64,000 bases of DNA from Lingula anatina (lineage: Eukaryota > Animalia > Brachiopoda): NCBI GenBank assembly GCA_051362555.1, contig CM120646.1:22878001-22942000 (forward strand), in the 5' to 3' direction. The notes below the pieces were generated by a model. That model was not told the DNA's origin. It ran no database searches and saw nothing but the letters and a program-made list of their open reading frames with translations. A program made the position numbers and the translations under genes. Within the stretch, counting starts at the first letter, position 1; each line of letters opens with the position of its first letter. Of this stretch, positions 52,695 to 64,000 are shown in pieces.

Positions 52695-54550
52695 ATCCAC
52701 AACGCCAGTTCCCTATCCACGCTTTGTGCTAGAGCATGTTAACCAAACATTGATGAACTGTTTTAAAATACTGGGTTTTCTTGGCCGATCATTTCTGAAC
52801 AAGATCTTGAAGGCTGCGTAGCCTACTATGACTCTTTGTTTGATGTTATGTTACACTGCGGGTGTCATTCCCCTTTTCCCCTAAAATTTTTCCTTTTGTT
52901 TTTAAGTTGAAAGCCTTTGTTTACCCTTTAAGGTAAATACTTCTTTTTCTTTTCCTGTTTGTTATGCATTATTGAATGTCAAACAAGTTGTTTTTGTCCT
53001 TTTTTAATTATGAAATAAAAGTATGTATAAATGAATTTACCGTTTTCGTTTATGTATTTAATTCTGTGTAACCCTACATTTCTGAAAATTTGGAAATTTC
53101 TCCTCATTTCCATATTTTTGATTTCTTTTTGTTTTGAAAGATATATTTATTTATCTATTCACGAATACATATAATACGCGGGAAAGAGCAGTTATGCTCT
53201 TCAATCAACTGCAAGTACAAAAATTGGTATTTCCCTCCAATATTTCTATGGCCATTCAGAACTTTTTCACTGGTAAATGAAGCTAGCGCAGTGAATAGCC
53301 TCACATACGTGTCCCCCTCCCACCTTATACCTTAGAAAAGTCAGGTACAGACCAGGGATGATAGCCCCACCATTTCTGTTCGGTGTGGCCTCCGTCTCCC
53401 TGATGAGAATGAACTAAGGCTGTGTTCAGATTAAATGTTATCGGTCCAGCAGGATCGACTTCTCAAATAAGTGCACGTGCACATGATGAACTTAAACAAC
53501 GTTGATGATAATACCATGTTTGCAGACTCTCGATGCGCGGGATGAAATACAGAGGTACGAGTCACGGCCTATTGATTGCTATAAGAGGAAACTCGGAGAT
53601 GTGGAGGTTGGGCGGATCCGTCACGGCGCAGTCGGTACCATGCTTGATTGCAAAATACTGAGCCATCACACCATGGTGACGGCAAGTCACGAGCTCAAAT
53701 CCCAGATGACGCACGTCAATTCATTACAACAACAAGCTGACACCGTAATCGAAAATAAATACAGGCATTCGTGTGTCCGAGCAAATTACTTTTTGCATAT
53801 AGTTTAGAATTAGTGATCGATTTTGACAAATTATTGCTGGACATTATCATAAACTATATTTCTTTTTTCTGCTTTAAAGTCTTTAAAATGATACTTAGGC
53901 TGGGATGGTCATGATTCTTTACCAACTACGCAACAGTTCAAAATTGAATTGAGTCAATACCTTACCCGGCATGGCGTTATGCATGTCATACAGCCCTTTT
54001 ATAAAAAAAGCTCTCTGATTGTTGGGACTATCAGCAAGAAAAAAAAAATTCAAAAGTCACATTGCCTGCTCTACGTAATCATACAATTTGGTTTTTATGC
54101 CCCCCCCCCCCCCCCACCTTTGGCCTACAGTACCCGGGGCAACTCCTACCCTCTACCAGGGTGGCAGATTATAGAGCGAAAAACGGAAAACGGCCAAATG
54201 ACTGTCTATTTATCTAGAGACATATCTGTGAATATCTGTGAAAAATCAAGGTAGGGTAGGCAACTCCACAGTGGACGTTTGAAATAGCAAAGACTACTCA
54301 CAACTAAAACTGTCAATTTGTGAACCGCTTTGGCTCTCATCGTGCTCTATAGCCTCACATGTGAAGTCAAACGTAAACTCAGTGTAAAACAAAACTGAAA
54401 TAACAGCGTCTGAAATCATCTAACTAGAAATATTTGGCTGTTACGTAAGATTGTCACCTAAATGGCCGACTTTTGGGTGCCAGTGAAAGGGAGTACCCCC
54501 TCCCCCCCGGACGAATTACCTGTAAGAACCCGGTGAAGTGGAAAGGTAAA

Positions 54551-54799
54551 CAGTAGCGGATGTAGGGGTGTCAGAGGGGACCTGACCCCTCTTCGATTTC
54601 TGAAAAAAAATCTCATCACACCAATGGTCCCCTCTTGAAATTAGAATTTTTAATAGCTAAATCATAGTTGTAAACTGTACCAAGTGGCACCGTTCGCCCT
54701 CTAAAATACCAAATTTTCCGTTTCCGGACCCCACACCAAGAGGAGGGGGGGTCGATTTCACATCCGCGGACCCTTAAAAAAATCCTGGATCCGCCCCTG
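54551..54799. mobile_element. Degenerate MITE (CAGGGGCGGATCCAG-type termini)
   Basis: CAGTAGCGGATGTAGG ... CCTGGATCCGCCCCTG imperfect inverted termini. Confidence 0.5.
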
Positions 54800-55240
54800 G
54801 TCACGTGGAATGATACAAGTCGTAATCTTCCGAACGAAAGTAACCTTGTCACGGAATTGGCCGAATCAACGGCTCCAAGGGTCAGATGAAGCTATTAGGT
54901 GCCGCGGATCAAGTGGGGCAACCACACCAGGTCATGCCACCCTCTAGGCATTTTATCAACTGTTAATAGGGCTTTTTTTACAGCTAGATGACTAAATGTT
55001 GACTTCATTTGTTTACTGAAGAATGCTGGAGAGCAAGGTCTTCAGTAAAAAAAAAGCCAACATGTAGTCTTCTACCTGCAAGAGGCTTATTGCGCCAGTT
55101 AAACCGAAGGACCAGTTGAAGAGGGAAATATTTATGAAAAAACATTGCAATGTATAAACAACCTCAGGAATCCGGGCATTAAATGCATGTATATCCATAT
55201 TCAAGTATGCCGCTGAGGCAACGCACCTTTTATTGCAAAG

Positions 55241-55241
<1 letters not shown>

Positions 55242-55281
<40 letters not shown>

Positions 55282-55308
55282 GGGGGGGGGAGGGGGGGAT
55301 TGGGGGGG
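55242..55308. repeat. Poly-G tract
   Basis: About 39 consecutive G followed by shorter G runs. Confidence 0.9.
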
Positions 55309-56129
55309 TTGAAAAAGAAGCACGAAAAATATCGGGTAACAGTTACGTTCCCCTTTTTTTTTTGTACACGCTTGCCACGATAAAATGATTTGTTACAGAT
55401 GTCGTAGGCAATAAATTAATAAACAATTCTACTTTATCTTATTATATCTTATATATTTTCATGCCACATTTATTATCCATCTGTAAATTTATTCATTTAT
55501 TTATTTATCAAAAGGCATTCAATATATTGGAAAGATCTCATTTCAAAGCCTGACATTTCAATATATCATTTTAAAATATTTGTAACTAAATTTAGAGAAA
55601 GTAGCGCAACACAAAATATTAAATTCATTTGTTCATACTTTTATTTCATTATTTAAAAAATACAAGTACAAATTGTTTGAAATTGAAAACTGGACAGCAA
55701 AAAGGGGCAGAAACTGGAAAATTAACCAAAAAAGGTAAACAAAGAACTGAAACTTATAACAAGAGGGAAAAGACCAAGTGAAATGGAAAAAAACACCTGA
55801 GATTTTAAATATGCTGCTTAAAAGGATACTGCGGCACTACCATAAAATAGCGCGGGACTCTAGGTGCAAGCAGAAACGCAGTAAATCCTCTGACCCAATA
55901 TGGGGATAGTTAGGGCGTTCCTAGAAACAACTATCTTTGCAACAACATCTCTTGCTCTGTTCGCCGCAGTTAACACATCATCAAACAAAGAGTCATAGGA
56001 GGCTACGTGGCCTTTCTGATCTTATTAAGAATGAACAGCCACGAAGACATCGTATTTCAAAACAGTTCATCAATGTTTAGTTAACATGCTCTGACACAGA
56101 AGCGTGGATAGGGAATTGGTGCTGTGGAT

Positions 56130-58205
56130 TTAGTCGGTTCTGGCCATTTTGATGTTTCTGTCACCGGAGAAGAGTCTGGAGATCATGGCCTCATTGAGAG
56201 CCCAGTCGTAGATCTGGACCTCATCGAGGAAGCCGACCAGGTTGGTGTTGCGGAAACCGCCATTGGCCTCACAGTCCAAGTCTCTGCCCATGTACAGTGG
56301 AGCAAGGGTAGCTGGGATAGAACCTGAGGAAATCAAAGGAAGAACGATTATTCATGTTATCTCGTAATTTTGAACAAATGAAAATTTTCTTAACTTACCG
56401 AAGAAAATTATACCGTATTAAGTTATAAATATATGAATCACTCTATGATTGTCAATGACTGATTTTCAAGTACGCAACATTTAGTGTAGAACAAAACCAT
56501 GCATCGTAATGTATATTGTTGATAATCCTGCGCATTTGGTAGATTTTGCACGGCATGACTGTGTCTATGCTAAAACTAACGGCAATAAATCAATCAAAAC
56601 AAAATCAGTACGTACCAACAGCGATCTCATCCACAGACAGATGTCCGTTGACGTACAGTTTCAGTCTGAGACCATCGTAGACCAGGGCCACGTGGTTCCA
56701 GCCGTTTCCACCGTAGGAGCCAAGATCAACAGTCACGAGGGTGCCGTTGTTGTCGATGAGGACACGGCCGCCAATAAGGCCACGGTCAGAGTACATGGTG
56801 ATGGTTGGCTCGATGGCGCAGTTGCCGTTGCTGAGAAGACCCTCACGCTCGTTCTTAGCATGGGCGGCGTTGTCGTACCAGAAAGAGATGGTGAGGGCAG
56901 AGCCCCATGGGTAGTTGTTGAAACGTGGGACCTCGCAGTGGACGGTGCCGTTGAAGTGAGCAGCATATCCGACCTTTCCTGGGGCAAGTTCTACACCAGC
57001 GCAGTCAGTCCAGAAGTTGTCGACCTTGGTATCGGTATCCTCATCGAATGGCCAAAGGGCGATAGCCTGGAGATCTAGAAGGAAAAGCTTTATTTTTAAG
57101 ACAAAGGAATTTTTTTTTTTTGATAAATACCTTTTTGATAAAAATTTTCCCCACGACAATTAATATTCTTATTTTATTGTATAGGGTTTTGAAATAATTT
57201 TCAAAGAAAGTTATACATGCCCTGTATGTATTGACACTATTTATTTTGTGCAATCAGGACCAAGCTTACCATTTGACATTGGCAATCTATCAAAGTTGAT
57301 AATTTTGATGTCAGTATCAACACAGTGTTTTTTACATACCTGGAACCATGCACATGCATCTGTGAACGTTGAACTCCCACTGTCCGCAGCTGACACGCTC
57401 GATTCTGGTGTCGTCACCGAGGGTCTGGGATCTGTAGAAGGTGTTGGCATCACCCCAGACGGCCAAGTAGGTCCATCCGTCAGGGCCGTCACATTTGCCG
57501 TCAAACTGGGGAAGGGTGGTGTAACCGATGGTGGTGGTTGGTGGTGGAGCTAAATAAGAACAAACGGTTGATTAGGGAGTCTGGTAAATTGAAATAAAGG
57601 TGTTTGCTAGTACTTCATGGTTATACCGAATACAACTCTATCATGCAATAAAATCAAAGTAAAAGTAAATAGAATTTGTTATTTTGCAACACTCTCACGT
57701 CAGCTCTGCTTCTCTTTTCGAAAGTATTTCAAACTGTGAAGTTTCTGTTAACTTACTTCTTGGTGGGCACTGTGGGTATGGGACCTTGCTGCCTGGGCAG
57801 GTGGCGACCTCACAGGGGACACAAGTCACGATGCTGCCGTCGAAGAGGGTACCTTCGGCACATTCCTTCAAGTGAACCTTAACGTTCAGGTTCTCGTCTA
57901 AGTCGCACTGGAGGTAAGTTCTGCAGTCTTCTGGGTTCTCGTAGTAACCGACGCCATTTCTCTCTTCGATGCACTTCTTGCAGAAGTCATTGAATTTGGG
58001 AGCTGAAAATAGAATGTGGAGGAATGTAATATTAGTTATATTCACAAGGAAATCACTTAACTATCTAATATTATCACATTCAGTTTTATTTTCCTAAGTG
58101 AAAAAACTGGTAGACAACAACAAGACCAAAATACTCACCCAAATGATGCTCGTCGTAGACAGCAAAGGCACTGCTGACAAGGGCAAGGAGGACAAGGCGC
58201 AACAT
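56130..58205 (-). CDS. Pif-like/LamG3-type secreted protein copy 6 (391 aa)
   Basis: Exons 58205-58139, 58002-57757, 57549-57340, 57074-56616, 56323-56130; non-coding exon 58607-58562; TATA 58635-58628. Confidence 0.9.
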
Positions 58206-59209
58206 GGTGAAACTGGAAAATAATTAATAATTTAAAAGTAACATTCATGCATTGTTTTTCAAAATTGACACTCAAGTTTTGCGGGGCAGAGGTGGTTTTA
58301 TATTTCAAACCAATCTACTCGACCGTCTCACAAAGCACCTTGGAATTAAGTGACTTGTCAGTTTTACCGGCACGTATTTCTGTGCCAAGTTGAGGTTAGT
58401 TTTTGCTTTGGTAATTTTACAAAGGCATTCGATACTATGTGCAACGACACCAAAAAGAGTGAAGTAGGCTGATTGAGGTAACGTTCTTTTCCAAACATAT
58501 AGTAAAAGAGTCCTTATCCTTTCTGGGTAATGTTAGACACCTGTCTATCTCGGTTACTTACCTTGTGGTGTAGGTGATCTCTCTAAGCTGTGAGCAGGGA
58601 AGATACTGGACCTCTGAGACGCGGGGGTTTATATACCGAGAGGGAAACAAATGCACTCTTCACTTTCCCATGTATGAACGAAGGCACAGAACAACTATTC
58701 ACAACGATGGTTAGAGGCAGGCGTCTGTTCAGCAGGCTTAATCTAGCACTTATCAGTCACGGAGCGTCTCATTAGCAATGTCAATGACAATAAAGCGTTC
58801 TTAAATAGAAGAATCCCATATTAAGATATTCACAGATAATAATTAATTTGTACAACTAGCCGCTTCCTCTGTCCTTTGTTAAAGAAGTTATGACTGTGTC
58901 TTTTCTTGCTGGTTTCTTTCGTCTGCTGTCTTTGTGACAGAGAATGGATTGGGATGTACTAAGGGGCATCAAGTTTATTACAATATTAACAAGGGTCTGA
59001 TAAATACATGAGTCTCCATTGTAATAGGGGACGATTAATTGTGACTTTAAAGATCGTGAAATCTTCTGAATCGTCCAAAATTAGGTTTATGCTATGTTAA
59101 TTGTATATTACAACAAGGAGTTATAACTCCTTGATTACAACCATGCTTTTTTAATATACCTTATGTTTAGCTGCAGATTTTTCTTGCTATTGCTCTTTTA
59201 ATTTCTTAA

Positions 59210-59596
59210 AGGTACATACAAACCGAGCATCAGTGAAGTGTGGATTCCCAGTAACACATCTAAACCACTTCTACTAGTTTCTTATACGACTCAAATAAAT
59301 TTGACATGCCAAGGGATAAATTGAATAGATCACTCAATCAGTCATAAAAGAGCTTTAGACTGCTCCTTTTCTTTAAATTTTTGGTCGGAAATTTAACCTA
59401 CAGTGTACTTTCGTGACCTACTTTCCTGCCCCATTGACATACAGCTTAGAATACTAGCAGAAAAATCCATTCAAACATCATTTTCAGGTAAAATTAACCA
59501 TGCCTTTTGGTAATTCTCTTAGTTATACTACTTGAAACTATATATGCTGCCATTTGGTTGGTTTTTGTGACAAAAAAATTGACTTTGTATGCATCT
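59210..59596 (+). mobile_element. TTAA-site MITE (Kolobok-like termini), right flank of gene array
   Basis: Same termini and TTAA duplication as 25817-26192, same orientation, alignable over its full length. Confidence 0.75.
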
Positions 59597-59994
59597 TTAA
59601 CATTCATATTTATAAAGACGTATTCTTGGAGATTTTCTTTTGTCTTATGCCATTTTTAGATTTATTCATTTCAATTCTATATGTGTCTATATTTGAATTG
59701 AAGCAACTTCAAGTAGTAGTAATTTATCGATAGTATGCACCAAATATACCAATGTAAAATTTGTATTGATCTGACAATTTGTAAAATAAAAATTCATGTG
59801 AAATTAAATCATGACAGCCCCCCCCCCCCGAACACATTTGATTGATTGCGTTTATTGCGACACTAAATATAAATTGTGGTAGAGAAGCTAGTCTCGCGAG
59901 AAGTTGATACAACGAGAACAGCAACCATCTTGTTCGTTGCGGCTGTAAGTGTTCGTCTACTTTGGTAGCTGGCTTGATTTTCCATCTTGGAAAT

Positions 59995-61792
59995 ATGGCC
60001 GCACACGGTGATGAATATCTTCCAACGTGGGAAGAAGTGACAGTTCCAGAATTGAAGGTGACATCAATAGCACTTCGGGCGATAGCCACTCAAATGGGAA
60101 AATACTGCGATGAACCGTCTAAAGTAAGTTAACATGTACCTCATTTCTCTGTGTGAAGTTGATGTAAAACGTTTCTAGTGAAAAGTTGCAATAATTGTCA
60201 AGCCATATTTATGAACATTAACAGTGTCGTATTTGGCAACAGCTTGATGCCTATAGTGCTGGGTACTTCACCACTGGTACGGAACGTGCATTATTTCGAG
60301 AAGCAACCCAGTAGCGTTTTGCGGGAAAATACCCGACTCGACTGGCGATCGAGACAGGGACGCACACACTGTTGTTAGTGCTATTCCACTGAGATAGCGA
60401 GCCTGGGTCTATACTGGCCATTCACTACAATATTTTTCATTCACGGCATAATCTGCCCAAACACTGGGTCAAACCTTGCTGTCGACAGAAATACAGTTTT
60501 TGGAGATGATTTTGAAAATTTTGATTTTTTTCCAGGAATTTATGTTATGTCGTACGGAAACAGGAGATCCCCGAAAATGCCTTAAGGCAGGTCGTGATGT
60601 GACTAGGTGTGGGCACGAATTCCTCATCAAAGTGAAAGAACGTTGTGCCAACCAGTTTCAGGAATACACCGAATGTTTAGACTATGTCCCTCATAGGCAA
60701 CTTAAGTTTTCCTTTTTCGGGTAAGTTTGGTATTTTAAGTCTGTTCCTAAATCTCAATCAACTTGCTTTGATTCGCGTTCAATAAAGATGTTTCTACAAT
60801 TTTACAACAAGAAGAACATGTAGATATTTTTGTTGAATCAAATATGCTCACCCTATTGCCAAATCTGAAGAAATAATACTTTGTTGGTAGCAGTGACTGC
60901 ATCTGTTCCATATGTTGCATATATATACTTCTGTGATATATGTATTTCAGTTGTAAAAAACTGATGAAAGCATTTGACCAGTGTATATTAGAGAACTTCA
61001 ATCAGACGGCCCCAGAAGTTGGATACTTTTCTCGGGTATGTTTTTTTTTATTTTTTTTATTTATTTTTTTTTTAAGGCAGAGTGTATTCAGAGTAGCTAA
61101 CAAAGCCAGTGATCAAATATGGCGACCCACTAGAAAGCTTGCTGCTTAATTTCCAATTAGACAGTGAATAGATTACCTGCTGGGGTTTACGCAGCTAGCT
61201 TTCAAGTGGGTCGGCCATACTTGAATTGTGGATCTGTTAGACTGCGGTTCTGGATGCTCTCCCAGATATCCTTGAAAAATAAGTTGATATTTACGTCTAG
61301 GCATCACATGAGGATACTTTTGCTGTGCATTCATTGTACAAATTCGGAATCCCAACATAATGGTTGACAGTCATATTTTTTATCAAGAAAGAATTAGCTG
61401 TCACATTCAAGCCGATTTCCTTGAGATGCCATTTGTTCAGGACTATTCATTTTAAAAATTTTTCTCTCTGTGAAGTTGATGTAAAACTTTAAGAGAAAAG
61501 TGGCATTTGTTTATTATGCAGTTTATTATTTGGTCAAACAACAATTTCATATAAATCTAATGTATGTGTAGACAGTACTCTTACTTTAACAGTATATTCA
61601 ACAGGTATTATGTGACTAGCACAGCCATATACATATATAATTATTTGTCTGGACTAGATAAATTTTAACAATTTCTTCCCATTTTTTTCTGTCCTTTAGG
61701 TACGAGTTCAATCTACCAGCCAACCTAGACCTGCCCCTCTTCAAGGACAGCCTAAACCATCAGAAGAAATCAGACTAGAGCCAGGGGAATAA
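59995..61792 (+). CDS. NDUFA8: NADH dehydrogenase (complex I) 1 alpha subcomplex subunit 8-like (163 aa)
   Basis: Exons 59995-60123, 60536-60720, 60951-61035, 61700-61792. LPTWEEVTVPELKVTS..LRA...GKYCDEPSKEFMLCR.E..DPRKCL..G..VT.C...C...F.EY..CLD...C.K....FD.C...P..GYFSR matches the four CX9C-type pairs of NDUFA8. Confidence 0.88.
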
Positions 61793-64000
61793 TCCAAGAC
61801 ATTCAACAAAATGGATTTTAACTAGTTTAAAGCCCTAATACTAAAGTTCAACATTTTAAAACTCTGTCACAAGTTAGATTTTCATAAGGCATCCTACAGG
61901 TTCAGTGGATCTCCGGGATAATTTATCTGGGGTACGAAGATGACCTACCGGTTGATCGTAAAGGCTGTCTGAGGCAGCCCTGCTGTGTGTTACTGAAAGG
62001 ATTTTTTTATGCTGCATGTATAAGGATACAGATTGCTCACAGTTATGTTGAAACTACACAAAATTCATTGAAGACTATTTATTTTTTTCGAGTTTGGAGA
62101 TTGGCCACAGCATTTTGTGTGATATCATGTCCCTTTCTCTGTGACATGGAGGGAAGTTCTTGGTCTCCTGTGACGCAGAAAAGGAACTCGCATTTTCCAG
62201 GATTTGTTGCAGTCAGTATCAGAACACTGAACATAGCATGGTGCCACTTTGGAGTGAATTAATTTTCGTCTGGAGAAATTGTTGTTGATTTTTCATTGTT
62301 AGAATAATAAATGGTCAAGTGTGTTTCTCTTTTTTTTCCCTTTCATTTGTTTCATCTCATTTGGCATTTACAACCACTGTGCTGTTGTAAATTTCTTTAT
62401 TGATACACATTTTGTGAGCTTGGAACCATAAAAAAAAAAGTAACGCAGTGTTACAACAAAGATAAGTTAAACTTTTATAAAGTCATTTATTACATTAGTA
62501 TGATCACTTTACAAATTGAGGTACACACGTGATTGAAATATTGTACATCCAGAATTAGAACAATTTTTACTTGAACATTCATGTACAGTTACAATATAAT
62601 TACATTGTCACTTCACATATATTTTATCTTAATGTTTAATGAGTCTAATTTGGACTCTTGTACACGGCGGATTAATACTGCAACAACCTACGTGAATGTC
62701 TAATAGCGTTGAATCAAAAAGAATATATACATAAGGTTTTTGGGCTTTCCAGTGTCAAATCCTGAATAATTTGGCGTCTTGAGAACAGGCGAAGAATTTT
62801 GTGAAGTTTATACAACATTATCAGACAATAATTAAAACCACTTCAAAGATTATCACTCAAAATGAAGCGTCAATGGCCAGCTGTCTACTACATACTTCAT
62901 TTCTGTGATAAAATCATTGAAATCTAAATACAGACAGCTTCAAATTAAAAGATGCAGGCAAATCTTTTTAAAAAATAACCAAGATCCAAAAACCAAGGAA
63001 GGCATCAGTCCTTTAAGTAAAAAATAACTTTTGGTCGTCCGTATATTACTGTATAGCGTAACACCGAGCTCCTTTCTATCTACAGGCTATATTATCATAC
63101 TAATACTATACTGCTTCCCCTACAGCACCAGAAGATGTGTTAAAAATTCAAAATAAAACAAAATATAATACACAAATAAATGCTATTACTATTAAAGTTC
63201 AAACCTTCTGATACAATATCTTTTCTGCTTTACAAGTACATATATACAATAACGGTATGTCATTGTCAGTTCAGAATGACTATACCTTACAAAATGATTC
63301 TCTTTCTGGCCAAAACTAATAAGAAAACCTTATGTATAGATTTCTGCACAAAAAAATGTGACTGCAAATATGGATTTTTTTTTTCTTTTTTGTGATGTCC
63401 ACATGATAGGGAGAGATTAAGAAGTCATGTTCAGACCATAAAAGAAAATCTGGTTTAACACATTTCAATATTAATGTGTAAAAGATGCTCACCACAGTAA
63501 AATGTGACTTGTACAAAAATGTATTTCTTAAAAACTCAAATCATAATTAACACCACACTGAGCCTATCATATGAGATACGCGGGTATTCAATGCAGAACT
63601 AGAAGTCAATGTAGAAGAAATAGATATAATAATTATAATAATGAAAATAATTATAGCATATTGCAGAGAAAGTAAATGATGAAGATAAAAACACTTTTTG
63701 TGATCACGAAGCATTTGAAATCAAACAAACCAAATATGCAATACTCCTTTTGCAACTTGTAAAAAATTTGAGACTTGTCTTTGAGTCCATTGATGGGCTT
63801 TGTGAACAGGTGAATAGGAATGGTTCAAAAGCTTTGTAACACTGACAAATAAAATCCAAACAAAAGCTTTGCATGCCATAGTAGAGCAAAAGCTTTAAGC
63901 AGGTTGTAGTAGCAATATTGTGTTAGAGAAGACAGCACACTAAAACTACTGCACCCTTATATACAGCTTTATTGGAGCTTTCAAAAATTAAATCAAGTTA

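Noticed and set aside
53398-53440. CCCTGATGAG hammerhead-like start
   Set aside because: No GAAA after a closing stem II.
55183-55383. Poly-glycine ORF
   Set aside because: Translation of a poly-G tract whose length is unreliable in sequencing; no gene context.
26791-58635. Array as uncollapsed haplotypes or an assembly artefact
   Set aside because: Introns, UTRs and transposon insertions differ far more than expected for alleles and the copies lie in both orientations. Exon identity should still be confirmed with long reads.
62460-64000. Possible 3' UTR of a minus-strand gene beyond the window
   Set aside because: Only AT-richness and a minus-strand AATAAA near 62486-62491 support it; no coding exon is visible.
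1-64000. CRISPR array, rRNA, prokaryotic operons
   Set aside because: No regularly spaced short repeats or rRNA signatures; genes have spliceosomal introns.

Overview
AT-rich animal genomic DNA with spliceosomal GT-AG introns. It is not prokaryotic and has no CRISPR array or rRNA; the gene content suggests a mollusc or related lophotrochozoan (inference). From left to right: the 3' end of a type-I membrane C-type lectin gene; two tandem 5-exon type-B carboxylesterase genes with GPI-type tails; two short pentraxin genes in opposite orientations plus an orphan inverted pentraxin promoter/exon 1; and three intron-containing tRNA genes (2x Met-CAT, 1x Lys-TTT) plus an isolated tRNA-Met 3' half. 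Then comes a ~32-kb array of six intact genes (orientation - - - + + -), each encoding a near-identical 391-aa secreted protein (signal peptide, chitin-binding type 2 domain, degenerate chitin-binding domain, laminin-G domain; Pif-like/LamG3 shell-matrix architecture). A divergent NDUFA8-like gene follows. The most striking structure is the array. Its exons, including a 46-nt non-coding exon, are homogenised, while introns, promoters and 3' UTRs fall into distinct types shuffled in a mosaic among copies. The array is roughly palindromic around a divergent promoter pair and is bracketed by two same-orientation TTAA-site MITEs. Transposon relics are also readable (AcademH-like with a RecQ helicase fragment, deleted Tc1, Penelope-like with a hammerhead motif, several MITEs). 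All alignments were done by eye.
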